NCBI GenBank assembly: GCA_013239625.1
Contig: MU053504.1
Span: forward strand, 932,001-996,000
DNA: 64,000 nucleotides
Direction of reading: 5' to 3'
Source: Lama guanicoe
Taxonomy: Eukaryota
Below the pieces are notes generated by a model. That model saw nothing but the letters and a program-made list of their open reading frames with translations, ran no database searches and was not told the origin of the DNA. Both the position numbers and the translations under genes were made by a program. This document shows positions 22,482-33,950 of this stretch, one piece after another. The stretch's first letter is position 1. Every line of letters begins with the position of its first letter.

Positions 22482-25400
22482 TGCCTACCCAGTGCCAGGC
22501 TGCGCCTTCCCACTTTACACGTTATTCTAATCCTCACAACAACCCAGAGGTGAGTTTTTATACCCACTGTACACAGGACAAGACTGAGGCCTGGAAAGGA
22601 GAATTTGCATGCCCAAACTCATTTGGTTTGTAAGCGGATGCATAAGGCTTCCCAAGGGATCTCTCTGGTCTCTAATGGAGACGCATCAGCCCTGAGCTTT
22701 CCTAAGACATCCTACTTCCTTCCTTGTACGGGATAAACAAATGATTGAGTAACGTCAGATGTCAGACGAGTCCTGGGGGAGCGACTTTGCTTTGCTGTAG
22801 GGATTTGTCTGGAAGCTGTACAGTACGGGTAGCCCTGCCTGGTCATCTCCCCTGACTTTGCTATTCATCTCTGTGTAGGACGGGGAAGCGAGCTGCTTGG
22901 TGAGCTCCAGGGGCCATGAGTCAGACCCAGACGCCCCTGGGAGGGAGGGGGCGTGGGGTGCGGGTTGGAGTCACCTACGGTGAAGGAGGGGCCTCTTTTC
23001 ACAAACTCAACTTGGCCGGCCAGGGAGCCTCCTAAGGTTCCCCTTCCCCCTAAAGAAAAACCACTCTTGTAAGTTCAGGAAGCATTTCTTCAGCCACTAC
23101 CTCGAGGCGTGCTGTGCCAGCCCAGTGATGACAGCCTGGGCGGGTCGGGAGGAAGGGGGAGTCTCCGCCTTGGGAAAGGGGATTTTGGACTCACCAGCCT
23201 CCACAGTCACGTGACCCAGCCCTTCTACCGAACCTCTTTCTATGTGTACATCCTGGCGAACCCTGATTCATACGACAGGCCTCCCATTCATTTACATTTG
23301 TCTTGACTGTTTTCACACAACAAAAGCACAGCTGAGTCCAGAAGCCAAAGATATTTACTAGCTGGTCCTTGACAGGAAAAGTTTGCTGACCCTGCTTTCA
23401 TTAATTTTATAACCATTTTACAATTCTCATTATTCTAGCAGTTCTGAAGCTGATCTTCTTGGGGAAATCAGAGGGGACTTGCTCCCCTGTCCACGCCTCA
23501 GTCTTCTTACCTGTCAGTGGGTTTGTCTGTGTCCCCACTGTGTCTCCATAAGGACCCCTGAGACACTATCATTTAAAGGCCAGCACACAGCAGACCCTTT
23601 CTTCACCAAGAGCCCAGAGTTCCTTGAAAGGGAAGGGATCGCCCTCTTATCTCCTCTTGATATTTCTGTATTGTATTCAGTGGGCTCTGAGGAGCAGCAA
23701 GCATTTTTATTTAAAAAGCCAGCATGGAATAATAATGGCTTGATTTAACATCGCAATTATCTCTCTGAGCACTTTATCCGCATATGATTATCCCTATTTG
23801 ATAGAAGAGGAAATGAGAAAAGGTAGAAATGAAGTCACTTGTTTAAGGTCACATCATTGACTGAGGAGGGAAAGGGAGACAGAACTGGGGCCTCCCACAC
23901 CCAGGCCCTGACTCGCGTGAAGGCCATGGTGTCGTTGGATGACCTTCTAGCAGTCACTGCGCTGCTGTGGCCCTGTGCCAGGCCTGGGGTGGCCCGTGGA
24001 CCCTCCTGGGCAGGTGCTACCATTACAGGCTCAGTTTCCAGGTGGGAAGAGGACCGCGTGACAGCGCCCCCGGGGCCCCAGGCACATGCATGCCAGAGGA
24101 GTGGCAGTGACTGTGTCCCTTGCACCCCCTGTTTAGGACACAGCGACCGGCCTGTATCTCAATTACTGCATCCTCGCCTCTGGAGGGTCCAGTAGCCTGG
24201 GCTCTATTAGCCCATTTACTGGATGGCGAGACAGAGACTTGGAGAAGCAAAACGACTGGGCCAAGAGGCCAGGCCCCAGCGGAGCAGGCTCGGGGCGGTT
24301 TGAGACTTCACTCCGCAAGCCATCATGAGCTGTAGGCACAGACGAAACATCCACAGGGCTCCCCTCATTCTAGCTCACATTCCTGAAGATGAGACAGTTC
24401 TAGGAATTTTACCCCACTCAAAAATATATGAAGTTCACCTTTGTGGGTCTCCAGTGGGCTGGCCAATGGAGACCTCCAAAACCGGAAAAGAGTTTAAGAC
24501 TTTTCATGCCATTAACAAAGAATGGATTATCAGTTTGGGAGGATGGGGGCTCCAGTTCTGAATGGAAAGTGAGGGCACTGGTTAGTCCACGAAGAAGTCA
24601 AAACATAGCAGAGCATGAGGCCCACGCTGAGGGCCGGCCGCCTCTCAGGCTATTTGCTGTGCAGAGATCAGTGAAAGACGGCCCTGCGATCCACATTCAT
24701 GGCTGGACCATTAAGCACATTTTTAAAAGGCTGTTTTTCAAGAGCAAGAGTCCTTTGGAACTCCCACCCTTCATTATTGGATGCAGTTAAGAGATGGGGA
24801 GAAAAGCAACGAAAGGGGGACCAGAGAGATGGAGGTGCAGAGATACAGAGAGAGAGAGAGAGAGAAAAGAACGAGAGGGAGACAGAGAAGGGCTTAGAAG
24901 AGCAGAGGGTGAAATGACAGACATGTGGAAAAAGAAAATACAGGTGAGATGCCGAGATGGGTGGGGAGAGGGCGCAGGAGAAGGTATAAGGAAAAGGAGG
25001 AACAGGGGGAGGAGCAGGAACAAGACAAGGATGGAGAGAAGGCAGGGAGGAAGTGGATTTTGATTCAGGAGGTTGACCTTCTATGTGAATCACAAACACC
25101 AGTTCCCTCCTCCCGCAACCCTTTGATCTGCCCTTTGTTCCCAGTGGCCAGTGGACCCGAGGCCCAATCACATAACTGCTCCGTAAGCCCTTGTCAGGTT
25201 AAAGTGAATTGTCCAATGATAGGTCAAGGGGACAAATGCCGATGCCCACGATGAGCATGCCTGTTGCCTGCGGTGACCACTCTAGCCAGGCGGATGCTGG
25301 AAGGATTTAGTGAGAGGCCTCCTGAGCCAGGGGATGTGCCTCGTGGGCCTGGGCTATTACCTTCCTGCCAGGAGCATCCGTCTGGACGCAGGCTGGAGGG

Positions 25401-26485
25401 ATTAATGAGCTCCAGCTTCCTAGGACCCAGGGACACCTCTCCATCTCCAGGGCCTGATCCTGGGCTTACCTGGGTGCCTCCAGCAATGTTTACTGCCTGC
25501 CACACAGGCCAGTTCTGACTCACTGAAATTGTTTTAGCTCTTTGTCAGGCCCAGTGAGATTAACCAACATTTATGGGCTGGGATGCGCAAAAACGGTGAA
25601 AGATACCAGCTAGCTGACTGCACTTTCTCAGACATGCGTTGAAATCAAACCACCAGCTATTGATCCCGCTTAGAAGATGGAAGACATCTAATAAATACAA
25701 CAATTGTGCAAGAATGACCCAAGGAGGCGGGCAGTGGGCGGGGGAGTTGGAGAGGATCGATCAATAAGACACTTGGAGATCCCGAGGCGCCAGCTGAAGA
25801 AATAGTCTTCTGTTGGTGTGGAGAAAGGGGTGGGGCAGGGAGGGAGTGCCAGCCCCACAGATAGAAATATTAGACATTAGACCATATTTCCTGGACATGG
25901 CACACAGTGCCATGGGAAGATCAAGGATGCTATCATAGGTTCAGGGAAGGAGAAGGCTCCAACTCTGCCACTTTGGACAGTGAAAATATAAGCAGTCACT
26001 CTAGCATTTATTGAGTACTTATTGAATGCCAGGCATGTTACTGTATCCCATGGGAATCTCCCAATAACCTCAGGAGGTGAAGATTGCTATCCCTATTGCT
26101 CAGAGAAGGAGAGTTACTGTCCCCAAATCACACAGGAAATGAGTGATGGGATCTGGGACTTGAACCCAGCACTGTCTTGGGTGACATGAGACACACATTT
26201 AAAAGATATATGGGTAATTCCTGACTCCTAAAGACTCTAATCCCTCTCCATGTGCTTTAAGGGGATTGCAAGTTTCTCAAACAGCCCCAGAGTTGATCCT
26301 TCTGCCGGCTCTGGTAAAACATGCTGGGTTCCACTACACAGCCTCAGGAGCCACTGCAACACACCCCTCCCAGCTGCAGCAGCGCCATGGGATTCACCTG
26401 GCACCCATCACACCTCTAGCTCATCTGGGGCAAAGCAGTGGGCTTGAGATCCCTTCAGCAGCCTCCCCCAGGCAGCACAGCTCAC

Positions 26486-26546
26486 CCGGCTTGGGCTGCT
26501 TGCAACAGCTCCCCCACGCAGATCTCAAAGCCTGGAGATAAATGAC
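26486..26546 (-). other. PDYN: PDYN non-coding exon 2 (61 nt)
   Basis: Strong acceptor ttgccttttgttctatttttgcag|GTCATTTATC and donor GCCGG|gtgagc. Size, position and sequence resemble the short PDYN 5'UTR exon as I recall it. Confidence 0.85.
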
Positions 26547-27839
26547 CTGCAAAAATAGAACAAAAGGCAAGGTGGGGTAGGATGGGGGGAGAAGGTGAGG
26601 GGAAAAGAGATGGAAAGAGCAGCAGTGGGAGGGGGAGCAGGGGGGAAATGAAGTGAAGAGGATTGACATTCCGAAACGTTTTGCAGTGGATCTTAACTGG
26701 AAAGCCTGTCAAATTAGAAAGACGAACCTGTATATTTTCCCAACCCTTGAAAGAAAGATGGTAATGAAGACTTTTGATCTGTGGGAGGGGAACTGAAATC
26801 AGATCCAATAACCTGAAGAGCTTGTTTCCCTTGGGAAGCTTGGAGGCTTAAGTAAGGAATGTTTGTAAAACTTGGAGAGATCTAGATAAAAGATACCCAG
26901 GAGAAAGTATGAGGTCTCAGAATTTACTGTTCAACCTTGAAGTCACCAGCAGGCTTTTTTCCCTGAAGCTCACTAGCTTTTTTCTTTCTTTTTTCTTTCT
27001 TTCTTTTTTTTCACTAGAGTCAAACTTTGAGATTCTAGAATACTTTGTTTGAATGTGGATATCTTTCACCAGTGAGCAAAATGTCTTTCCCATCTGAGTT
27101 TCATCCCTGCCTAACTTAACTCCTCCCGCTGCAATTTACATGAAAGCAACAAGTCCTCTCAAAGTAAAATTGACAGGAAAAATCCCGCTAAGCCTGCCTC
27201 TCCTGGCATGTTGTCACTCTCTCTTCGTTCCCTCCCAGCAGAACAACCCCAAACTTCATTTCTGTGTGAAATTACTTTAAAGGAAGCCACTAAAGCCAGC
27301 ACCCTGTCAGCAATTAAACACGATCCAAAAAGAATGAAAAGGCTAAACTTGGCTGTACATTGATGTACACGATCCAAGGTAAATGCCAGAGCCCTGATGT
27401 CTCATGAATGCCCCCAAGATCTTGTTCTGTAAGTCCAGCGAGAATCACTGACCTTTAGAATTACCCTGATTAGCTAGACCTCTCACTTCTTCCACACAGG
27501 GCACCCGGTTCTCTCTCACATGGGAACTGATGTGTGGAGCAGCCTGCAAGGGGGAGAAGACCCCGCAGCCAAAACCAAAGTGGGGGTCCTCTTGGGAGGG
27601 AGCAACCCATCTATTTATATTTCAGCCCGGGCTGTTCGGAGAGGGAAATTCCGAAGAGCAGTCTGTCTCAAACTGATCTGGTTTTGTAAACTAGCCTCAT
27701 AACTCTTTCTACCTTTGCAAGATAATCAGACCCGAACCTGAAATCCCCCAGCCCAAGCTCCAACGCTCTCAGGTCCAGAGAACCAGGAAAAAAGAAATAA
27801 AGCCAAAAGAGAGGATTCCAGTGACCCTCTGCGTATTAC

Positions 27840-27990
27840 CTGTGCTCTTCTTTGTCCCTGAGCAGCTTCTGGCCGAGCAGGTCAGAGGGAGGTGCCAGGT
27901 AGCCGGTCCAGGACCCAGGGATGGCCCTGACTCCCCTCGGAAGGAGGTGTCAAAGAGGAAGCTGTGAGCACAGCCAAAGCCCCTTAGAAT
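27840..27990 (-). other. PDYN: PDYN non-coding exon 1 (~151 nt)
   Basis: Starts at Inr TCA(+1)TTCT at 27990, 30 nt downstream of ATAAAA. Ends at donor CAG|gtaata (27840/27839). No upstream ATG in the exon. Confidence 0.8.
27916..27939 (-). promoter_or_regulatory. DRE-like element (DREAM/KChIP3 site) in exon 1
   Basis: Minus strand CGAGGGGAGTCAGGGCCATCCCTG with GTCA core at 27931-27928, downstream of the TSS. Resembles the human prodynorphin DRE (GGAGTCAAGG...CCCTG) as recalled. Confidence 0.6.
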
Positions 27991-28214
27991 GACAGTTCCT
28001 GAGCCTCAGCCCCCTTTTATGGGCTGGAGCCTCCCCCTGTCGCTCAGCCCTTGCTGAGCACAGGCTGCTCAGAGCCAATGGGGAAGTAGCTCAGAGCAGT
28101 CAGAGGCGCAGACCCCGGGGGCCCTCCAACCCCAACTCCCTGGGCCCGACACAATAGGCTTCTCTTCGTGACAGGGGATGTGGAGGAGGAAGGCAGCCGC
28201 GCTGGAGGGGGCGG
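27986..28214 (-). promoter_or_regulatory. PDYN: PDYN core/proximal promoter: Inr, TATA-like box, CCAAT, GC box
   Basis: Inr 27986-27992, CATAAAA with ATAAAA at 28020-28015 (-30), CCAAT 28075-28079 (about -87), GGGGGCGG 28207-28214. Spacing is textbook. Confidence 0.8.
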
Positions 28215-28289
28215 ATGCTGGGGGTAGTGCTGTTTGTCACTTGAAATCTGGCCACTTCAGTCTGTGATGCGTTTCCAGGAGAGTGTCAT

Positions 28290-28770
28290 AGAACAAGAGA
28301 GAGAGAGGTGGGGAAGGACAAAGCCCGAAAGAGTAGGGACACAGAGTCAGAGAGAGACAGAAAGACAGAGATATAGAGACTGGTGGAGACAGAGAGAGAG
28401 TCAGAGAGAGAGAGACAGAGATATATAGAGACATATGGAGACAGAGAGTCAGATAGACAAACAGATAAGAGACAGAGTCAGACAGATATAGAGACAGATG
28501 GAGACAGACAGAGGGAGAAAGGAGCAAAACAGAAAGATTCAGAGAGAATCAGTATCAGAGAGAGGCCCCGTCAGAAGACGTGGAGCAATACAGACAAAGC
28601 CGGGGAGAAAGAGTCAGAAAATCACAGAGACTCGAAAGAGAGCGTCAGGTGTCAGAGATGGGGAAACCCAAAGAGACAGACAGAAACAGAGAGACAGTCA
28701 GAGGAAGAGGGAGAAGGAAGCCAGGACAGAAGACAGACTCAGAACCCACACGACACACAGATGCAGAGAC
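28290..28770 (+). repeat. Purine-rich degenerate (GA/GACA)n tract upstream of the PDYN promoter
   Basis: GAGAGAGACAGA-type units over ~480 bp. Confidence 0.85.
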
Positions 28771-28799
28771 GAGGCTGCCAGAGTCCTGTGATGTGGAGG

Positions 28800-29130
28800 G
28801 AAGCCAGCAGGGGCGTACGGGGCTCCGTGTCGTGAGTGGTGGTGGCCCCGCGTGTGGCTGGCGCGCGCGTGTGCTGGAGTGTTTCTGTGCGTACGTTTGC
28901 CTGCAACCGACAGTCGACTCGGGTACACGCCTGAGCTGGTGCCAGGCACAACCAGCCCTGGCAGAAGCACAGCCCTTCCCAGCAGCCAGGAGCTGCGGTT
29001 TATTTTTCTCTGGCGGCAACACAAAACGAGGATCATGAAATCCTCCTCAAGACAGGAGCTGCGATGCGCCTTTGCACGCACTCTGGGCAAGGGGTGTACC
29101 CTCCTCGGTGCGCCCTCGGCCCGCGCCAGC
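28800..29130. promoter_or_regulatory. Short CpG-rich island ~0.8-1.1 kb upstream of the PDYN TSS
   Basis: Visibly dense CpGs (GGCGTACGG, CCGCGTG, GCGCGCGCG, GTCGACTCG, GGCCCGCGCC) in an otherwise CpG-poor window. Observed/expected ratio not computed. Confidence 0.6.
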
Positions 29131-29299
29131 AGCAGCTGAAAGGCTGTGCTCTTCATGGCTGCAAATACCTTCCAGAATATAAGGAGTCTCTGAGTTTACA
29201 GGAGAATATGCTTCTCCCTTCAGTCAACAGCAGACCAGCAGTTTATGGTGGGCGGCATGACTGTTTCAGAGGTCAGGCGGGGGCTGCCCATTTTAATAG

Positions 29300-29490
29300 A
29301 CACCTAAGCTGTGCTGGGCAGTTAGCCAACACTGTCAGGTTTAATCCTCATGACCTGGGTAGGTAATGAATATTATCCCCATTTTGCAGACAAGGAAAAA
29401 TAGGCTTTGAGGGCTGAGAAACGTGCACAAAGACACACAGCAGGTAAGTCACCAAGCTAGCATCCAAACCCAGGTTTATCTGACCCTGAG
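29300..29490 (-). mobile_element. MIR SINE in the PDYN upstream region
   Basis: TTTAATCCTCA...TATTATCCCCATTTTGCAGA..AGGAAA, the reverse complement of the MIR core. Confidence 0.65.
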
Positions 29491-29842
29491 ATTCCCGCTC
29501 ACTCTCTCATCCTTCCGTAGACATGAAGCCTTGACTCTGCCTGCCCTGGGGGGTGGGGACAGGAACTTCCTCCTCTGGGACTGTCCCTCCACCTGCACAA
29601 TGTAGGAGAGGGCTGTGCCTAGTACTATTTAGATGCGGACTGGATTCCCAGCTCTCTCTCACCAGGGCAGAGACCTTAGGCAAATTTCCAACCTGAGCCT
29701 CAGTTTGCTCATCTGTAAAATGGAGATAATGGTATCCAGATCACTGGGCTCTCGGGAGGGTGAGATGAGAGGATGTGAAAACAGCACGCAACGAGTGCTC
29801 TGTGAGCATCCGTCCTGGCGAACAATCACAGTGTTCCCTTTC

Positions 29843-29849
29843 TGACGCA
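29843..29849 (-). promoter_or_regulatory. CRE/AP-1 hybrid TGCGTCA at about -1.85 kb
   Basis: Plus-strand TGACGCA. Same heptamer as the upstream rodent prodynorphin CRE elements; orthology not verified. Confidence 0.45.
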
Positions 29850-32800
29850 TCAGGGTTCTCTGGGGCATCATCCTCTCTCTGCCCCTGGTTCATTACAAGC
29901 AGGAAGACAGAAGGGGCCATTCGCAGGGCACCTCCTCTGTTTCAGACACTTCTGTACGTTTCACTGTATCTTCACAACAAGCAGGCATGTGGGGTGGCTG
30001 TCACACTGCATCCTCAAACCCATTAAGCAGCTGAAGTTCAGGGAGGCCCCAGGCACACAGAGAGGGAGGAGGCACTGAACCCAGTCCCTTGGCCCCAAAG
30101 CTCAGCTCCCACACATCTCCCTCCAGCCCTGAGATGAAGTCTCCCTCCTCCCTTCCACAGAGGACTCTTCGAGATCCCAGTCTGGCCTCCCTTTCCTCCT
30201 TGTCCCTTTCCCCAAGCGGTGCCTTGGATCTGACAGGCAGATGCAGAGACTCTGGGTGCCTGGGTGGGAATCCCACCCCCAGTGCCCATGGCCGTGGCCT
30301 GGGTTCAGCAAGTGCTTGGCCGCACCTCAGGCCAGCTCCCTGCCTGGCAACCCACAGGGCTTGGCTACAGACTGTTGACTGTCACCTGGTGATCTGGGAC
30401 CCGGGTAGCTTCTTTATCCCCGAAGCCAAATCCTCACTCCCGTGGCTCTCTGTCCTCCTTACTGTTCACCTCCTCCTCCTGACCTCCACCTCCATGAGCT
30501 CTTGGTAATAACCTTGCATAGACAAAGGCCCTGAGAGATGAGCTACCCATTCCTGGAAGCCAGCAGGCACTAGAATAGAGGAGTAGGGGCCTTTCTTTAT
30601 TACAAGGAGAAGTACAGACAGAGAGGGTAGAGATGCTGTGGATAATCCTGCCTTAAGCCATTAATGTTTCATATCCTTCACCCTGGGAGTCTGTTGTCAG
30701 CCTCAAGAGCAAATGGTTCATTCATTTGCTTTTCCCTTCTTTGTGCAACATCCTTTACACACACACAGGGCAAAGCCAGAAACAGCTTTCTCCATTAGTC
30801 TTGGAGGAGCTTGTCATAAAGCTCACAGCATCCTCGGCCATGGAGTGCTCTGCACTGATGCTCGCGGGCCCTAAGGGCAGCAGCACATGGGATGGGAGAC
30901 CACGGAGTCGGTACAAGCTCATTTGGGTTTGAATCAAAATGCTCCTGCTTCCTCCCTGTGTGGTGACCAGTGGATATCTGGCCTCCCTGAGCTCCTGAGT
31001 CATCTGAAGACAGGGGGACGGCATTCGCCTCGTGCGGGGTCAAGACTGTCCCCAACTTTGCCACACTCCCTTCCCCGCACGTCCTCAGTGCTCACATCTC
31101 TCATTCAGACCTTGAACCAAAAGCGAAGACTGAAGTGCAGGAGGTATTTGAAACCACCAGCCCTCAAACCATTCCGGTAGGTGGGAAGAAGGAAGAACTT
31201 GGCAGAAGACAGGAAAAGTGAAAAGGAAAGCCAGCATTTCTTAAGGCCATCCTACCTTGTGGGCCCTGTTGTAAACGGTTCACAGCTATTAACGCGCTTG
31301 ATTTTTCCCAACAGCCCTGCAATTAATTAGATGCGATTCCCACCCCGCTCTACAGTGAAGACAAGGAACAGAGGCGGTGAGGTTTGTCGCTTGCACGAAG
31401 TCGTGCAGCTAGAAAACAGCAGAACATGCTGGAAGCCGGGCCACCAGACCCCAGGCCTGGTCCCAGCTGTGAGCTGCATCACTTCCCAGCCTCTCCCCGC
31501 CCCGGTTCTGTCTCATACACGAAGCTCCGTGCATTCTCTCTACCCACCTGTTGCACTGGGAGGTAGGAGCAGCTGACATGGGTCACTCGGGAAGATTCCA
31601 GCAGAATTTAGTCCCCACCCTCAGGTCAGCTTCCGGTCTTCATGCTACACGGGCCCCGTGTGACTCAGGGGACCCACACTGGCTGCTGGTTGCAGGAGCC
31701 GTCTGTGTGTGTGGCCGCCACAGGGACAGAGAGAGTCAGAAGCTGTACTTGACAGGTAGCAATGCCCAGTCTCTCTCTCTCTCTCTCTGAGTTTCATTTT
31801 GAAATGTCACAATGTGCTTGGCCCTAGCAGTGAAATATACTACACACAGTTTTGCCCTCTTTGTCCTCATGGTCTGGGGTGGGAGGCAGATGTAGGGACA
31901 GGCAGTTCCTAGAGGTATGAGGCGGGCAGGGCTAGGAGACCCAGAATACCGTGGAAACACTGAAGAGGGGCTCCTGACCCAGCCCGGTGGAGAGAGTCAG
32001 GGAGGGTTTCCTGGCGAAGTGAGAGCCAGGTGAGCTGATGCCCCCATAGGAGTTGTCCAGGCACAGGCAGGGAAGGGCACCTGGCAGAGGGGACAGCTGA
32101 GGCAAAGGCCTGGAGGCAAGGAGAGTTTGGGGGAGTCACCTTGATGCCCCTGATTCTCTGGCCCCAAATCCAGGTCATCAGATGTCTTCACGGTTTATGG
32201 CTCCTGGGCTGGCTGCCATCACTTCTCTCTGGGGTGACCGTCCCTGCTTCCAGCTTTAGCCTGTACCTACACTGGCTCCTCTGCAGCCAGAGAGATTGTT
32301 TCAAAAATGTAACTCAGTTTGAAACACTCCAGTGGTTTTCGTCCTACTTGGAATAAGATCCACACTCCTTACTGGCAGGGTCTGTTCTCTGCCGACCTCT
32401 TGCTTCCTGCCTCCTGCCTGCTCGCTGCTCTGCAGCTGCCCTGCGTCCCGGCTGTTCCCCAAACACACCAAACACGCCCCTGCTTCACAGACTTGGCGTG
32501 TGCTGTGTCTTCCATCTGGAACACCCCTTGCCTTCATCTAGGTTTTGGCTTAAATGTCACTTCCTCATCAGGCCCCTTGCCCACCCTTCACCCCATCAAT
32601 CCCGACCCCTTGCCCAATTCCATTATATTCACAGCATTTGTCTCTGGCTGAATGATGTATCAGTTTGTCTGATCACCGCCTGTCCCCGCCAATGGATATA
32701 AACGATCAAGGCAGGCACACTGTTGACTCGCTGTGTCCCTGGCACCTAAAACAGTGCCTGGCACAGAGTAGGTGCTCCGTAAACATTTGTTGAGTCAGTG

Positions 32801-33299
32801 ACTAAAAGAACTACCAGTCGCTTTTGTGGCTGGAGCACAGAGCACAAGGCAGGGATGGGGAGAGGAGAGGATGATGGCTGTGGGACCTGAACACAAGGCG
32901 AAGTATGTGCAGCACTTTATCTGAAGAGCATTTGGAGGCTGGGAATAGTCCTCCATGAGGATCTAGAGCCCAGTGATCTGGAGAAGTGAGTTACTCAACC
33001 ATTTCCATTCTGTTCATGAGCATTTCTTGATGCTCTGATGCTGGTGACCCAGATTCAAATCCAAGTTGATTCCTGTTACAAGTTCACAGTCCAGTGGGGG
33101 GACGTCTGAAGGACATAAAAAATTATAGGGTAGGTGCAAAAGTAAAGCAATGAAGGATACAGAAGTAGCAGTGATTAAGTTTGAGACTGTAAGGAATGTT
33201 TAGGAAGACCTCTCTGAATGGGTAACACCTGAGGTGGGTTTAAAGGATGAATAGGAGTTTGTCAAGCAAACAAAGAAGGGTCTCCCAATGCACCTCAAA

Positions 33300-33950
33300 G
33301 AGCCAATGTCAAGGACGTGGAGAAATAGGAACCCTCCTGCATTGTGGTGGGGATGTACAATGGTACAGCTGCTATGGAAAAAATGTTGGTGGCCCCTCAA
33401 AATGTTAAACACAGAATCACCATATGGCCCAACAATTCTGCTCCTAAGTATATACCCAAAAGAATCAAAAATAGGGACTCAGCTTCCTGTACAGCAATGT
33501 TCATAGCAACATTATTCACAATATCCAAAGGGTTGAAACAAATCAGTGTCTATCAATAGCTAAGTAGGTAAACAAAATGTAGACTATACATACAATGGCA
33601 TATTGTTCAGCCATAAAAAGGAATGAAGTTCTGACACCTGCTACCACATGGATGAAACTTGAGACATTACGCTAAGTGAAATAGGCCAGTCATAAAAAGG
33701 CCAGATATTGTATAATTCCACTTCTATACTTAGAGGTGTTTAGTGTAGACAAATTCATAGTGACAGAAAGTAGAACAGAAGTTACTAAAGGCTGGGAGGG
33801 AGGGAAATAGTGACATTGCTTAAACGGCACAGAGTTTTTGTTTGGGATGGATGATGAAAAAGTTCTAGAAATCAACTGCAATGATGGCTGCACAATGTTC
33901 TGAATGTCCTTGATGTCGCTAAACTGTACACTTGAAAATGCTTAAAACAG
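33300..33950 (+). mobile_element. L1 3' end fragment (L1MB-like)
   Basis: AGCAATGTTCATAGCAACATTATTCACAATA, CAGCCATAAAAAGGAATGAAGTTCTGA and ACTGTACACTTGAAAATG motifs. Confidence 0.8.

Larger units (their letters stand above)
14050..27990 (-). other. PDYN: Prodynorphin gene span (4 exons; both ends inferred from signals)
   Basis: Exons are bounded by canonical GT/AG sites. TATA/Inr marks the 5' end and an AATAAA cluster the 3' end. The coding exons give an unmistakable opioid precursor. Confidence 0.93.

Noticed and set aside
28803..28816. CTCF-like CCAGCAGGGGCG (and GCGCTAGGGGTGC near 58133-58147)
   Set aside because: One G short of the core spacing, so a poor match.
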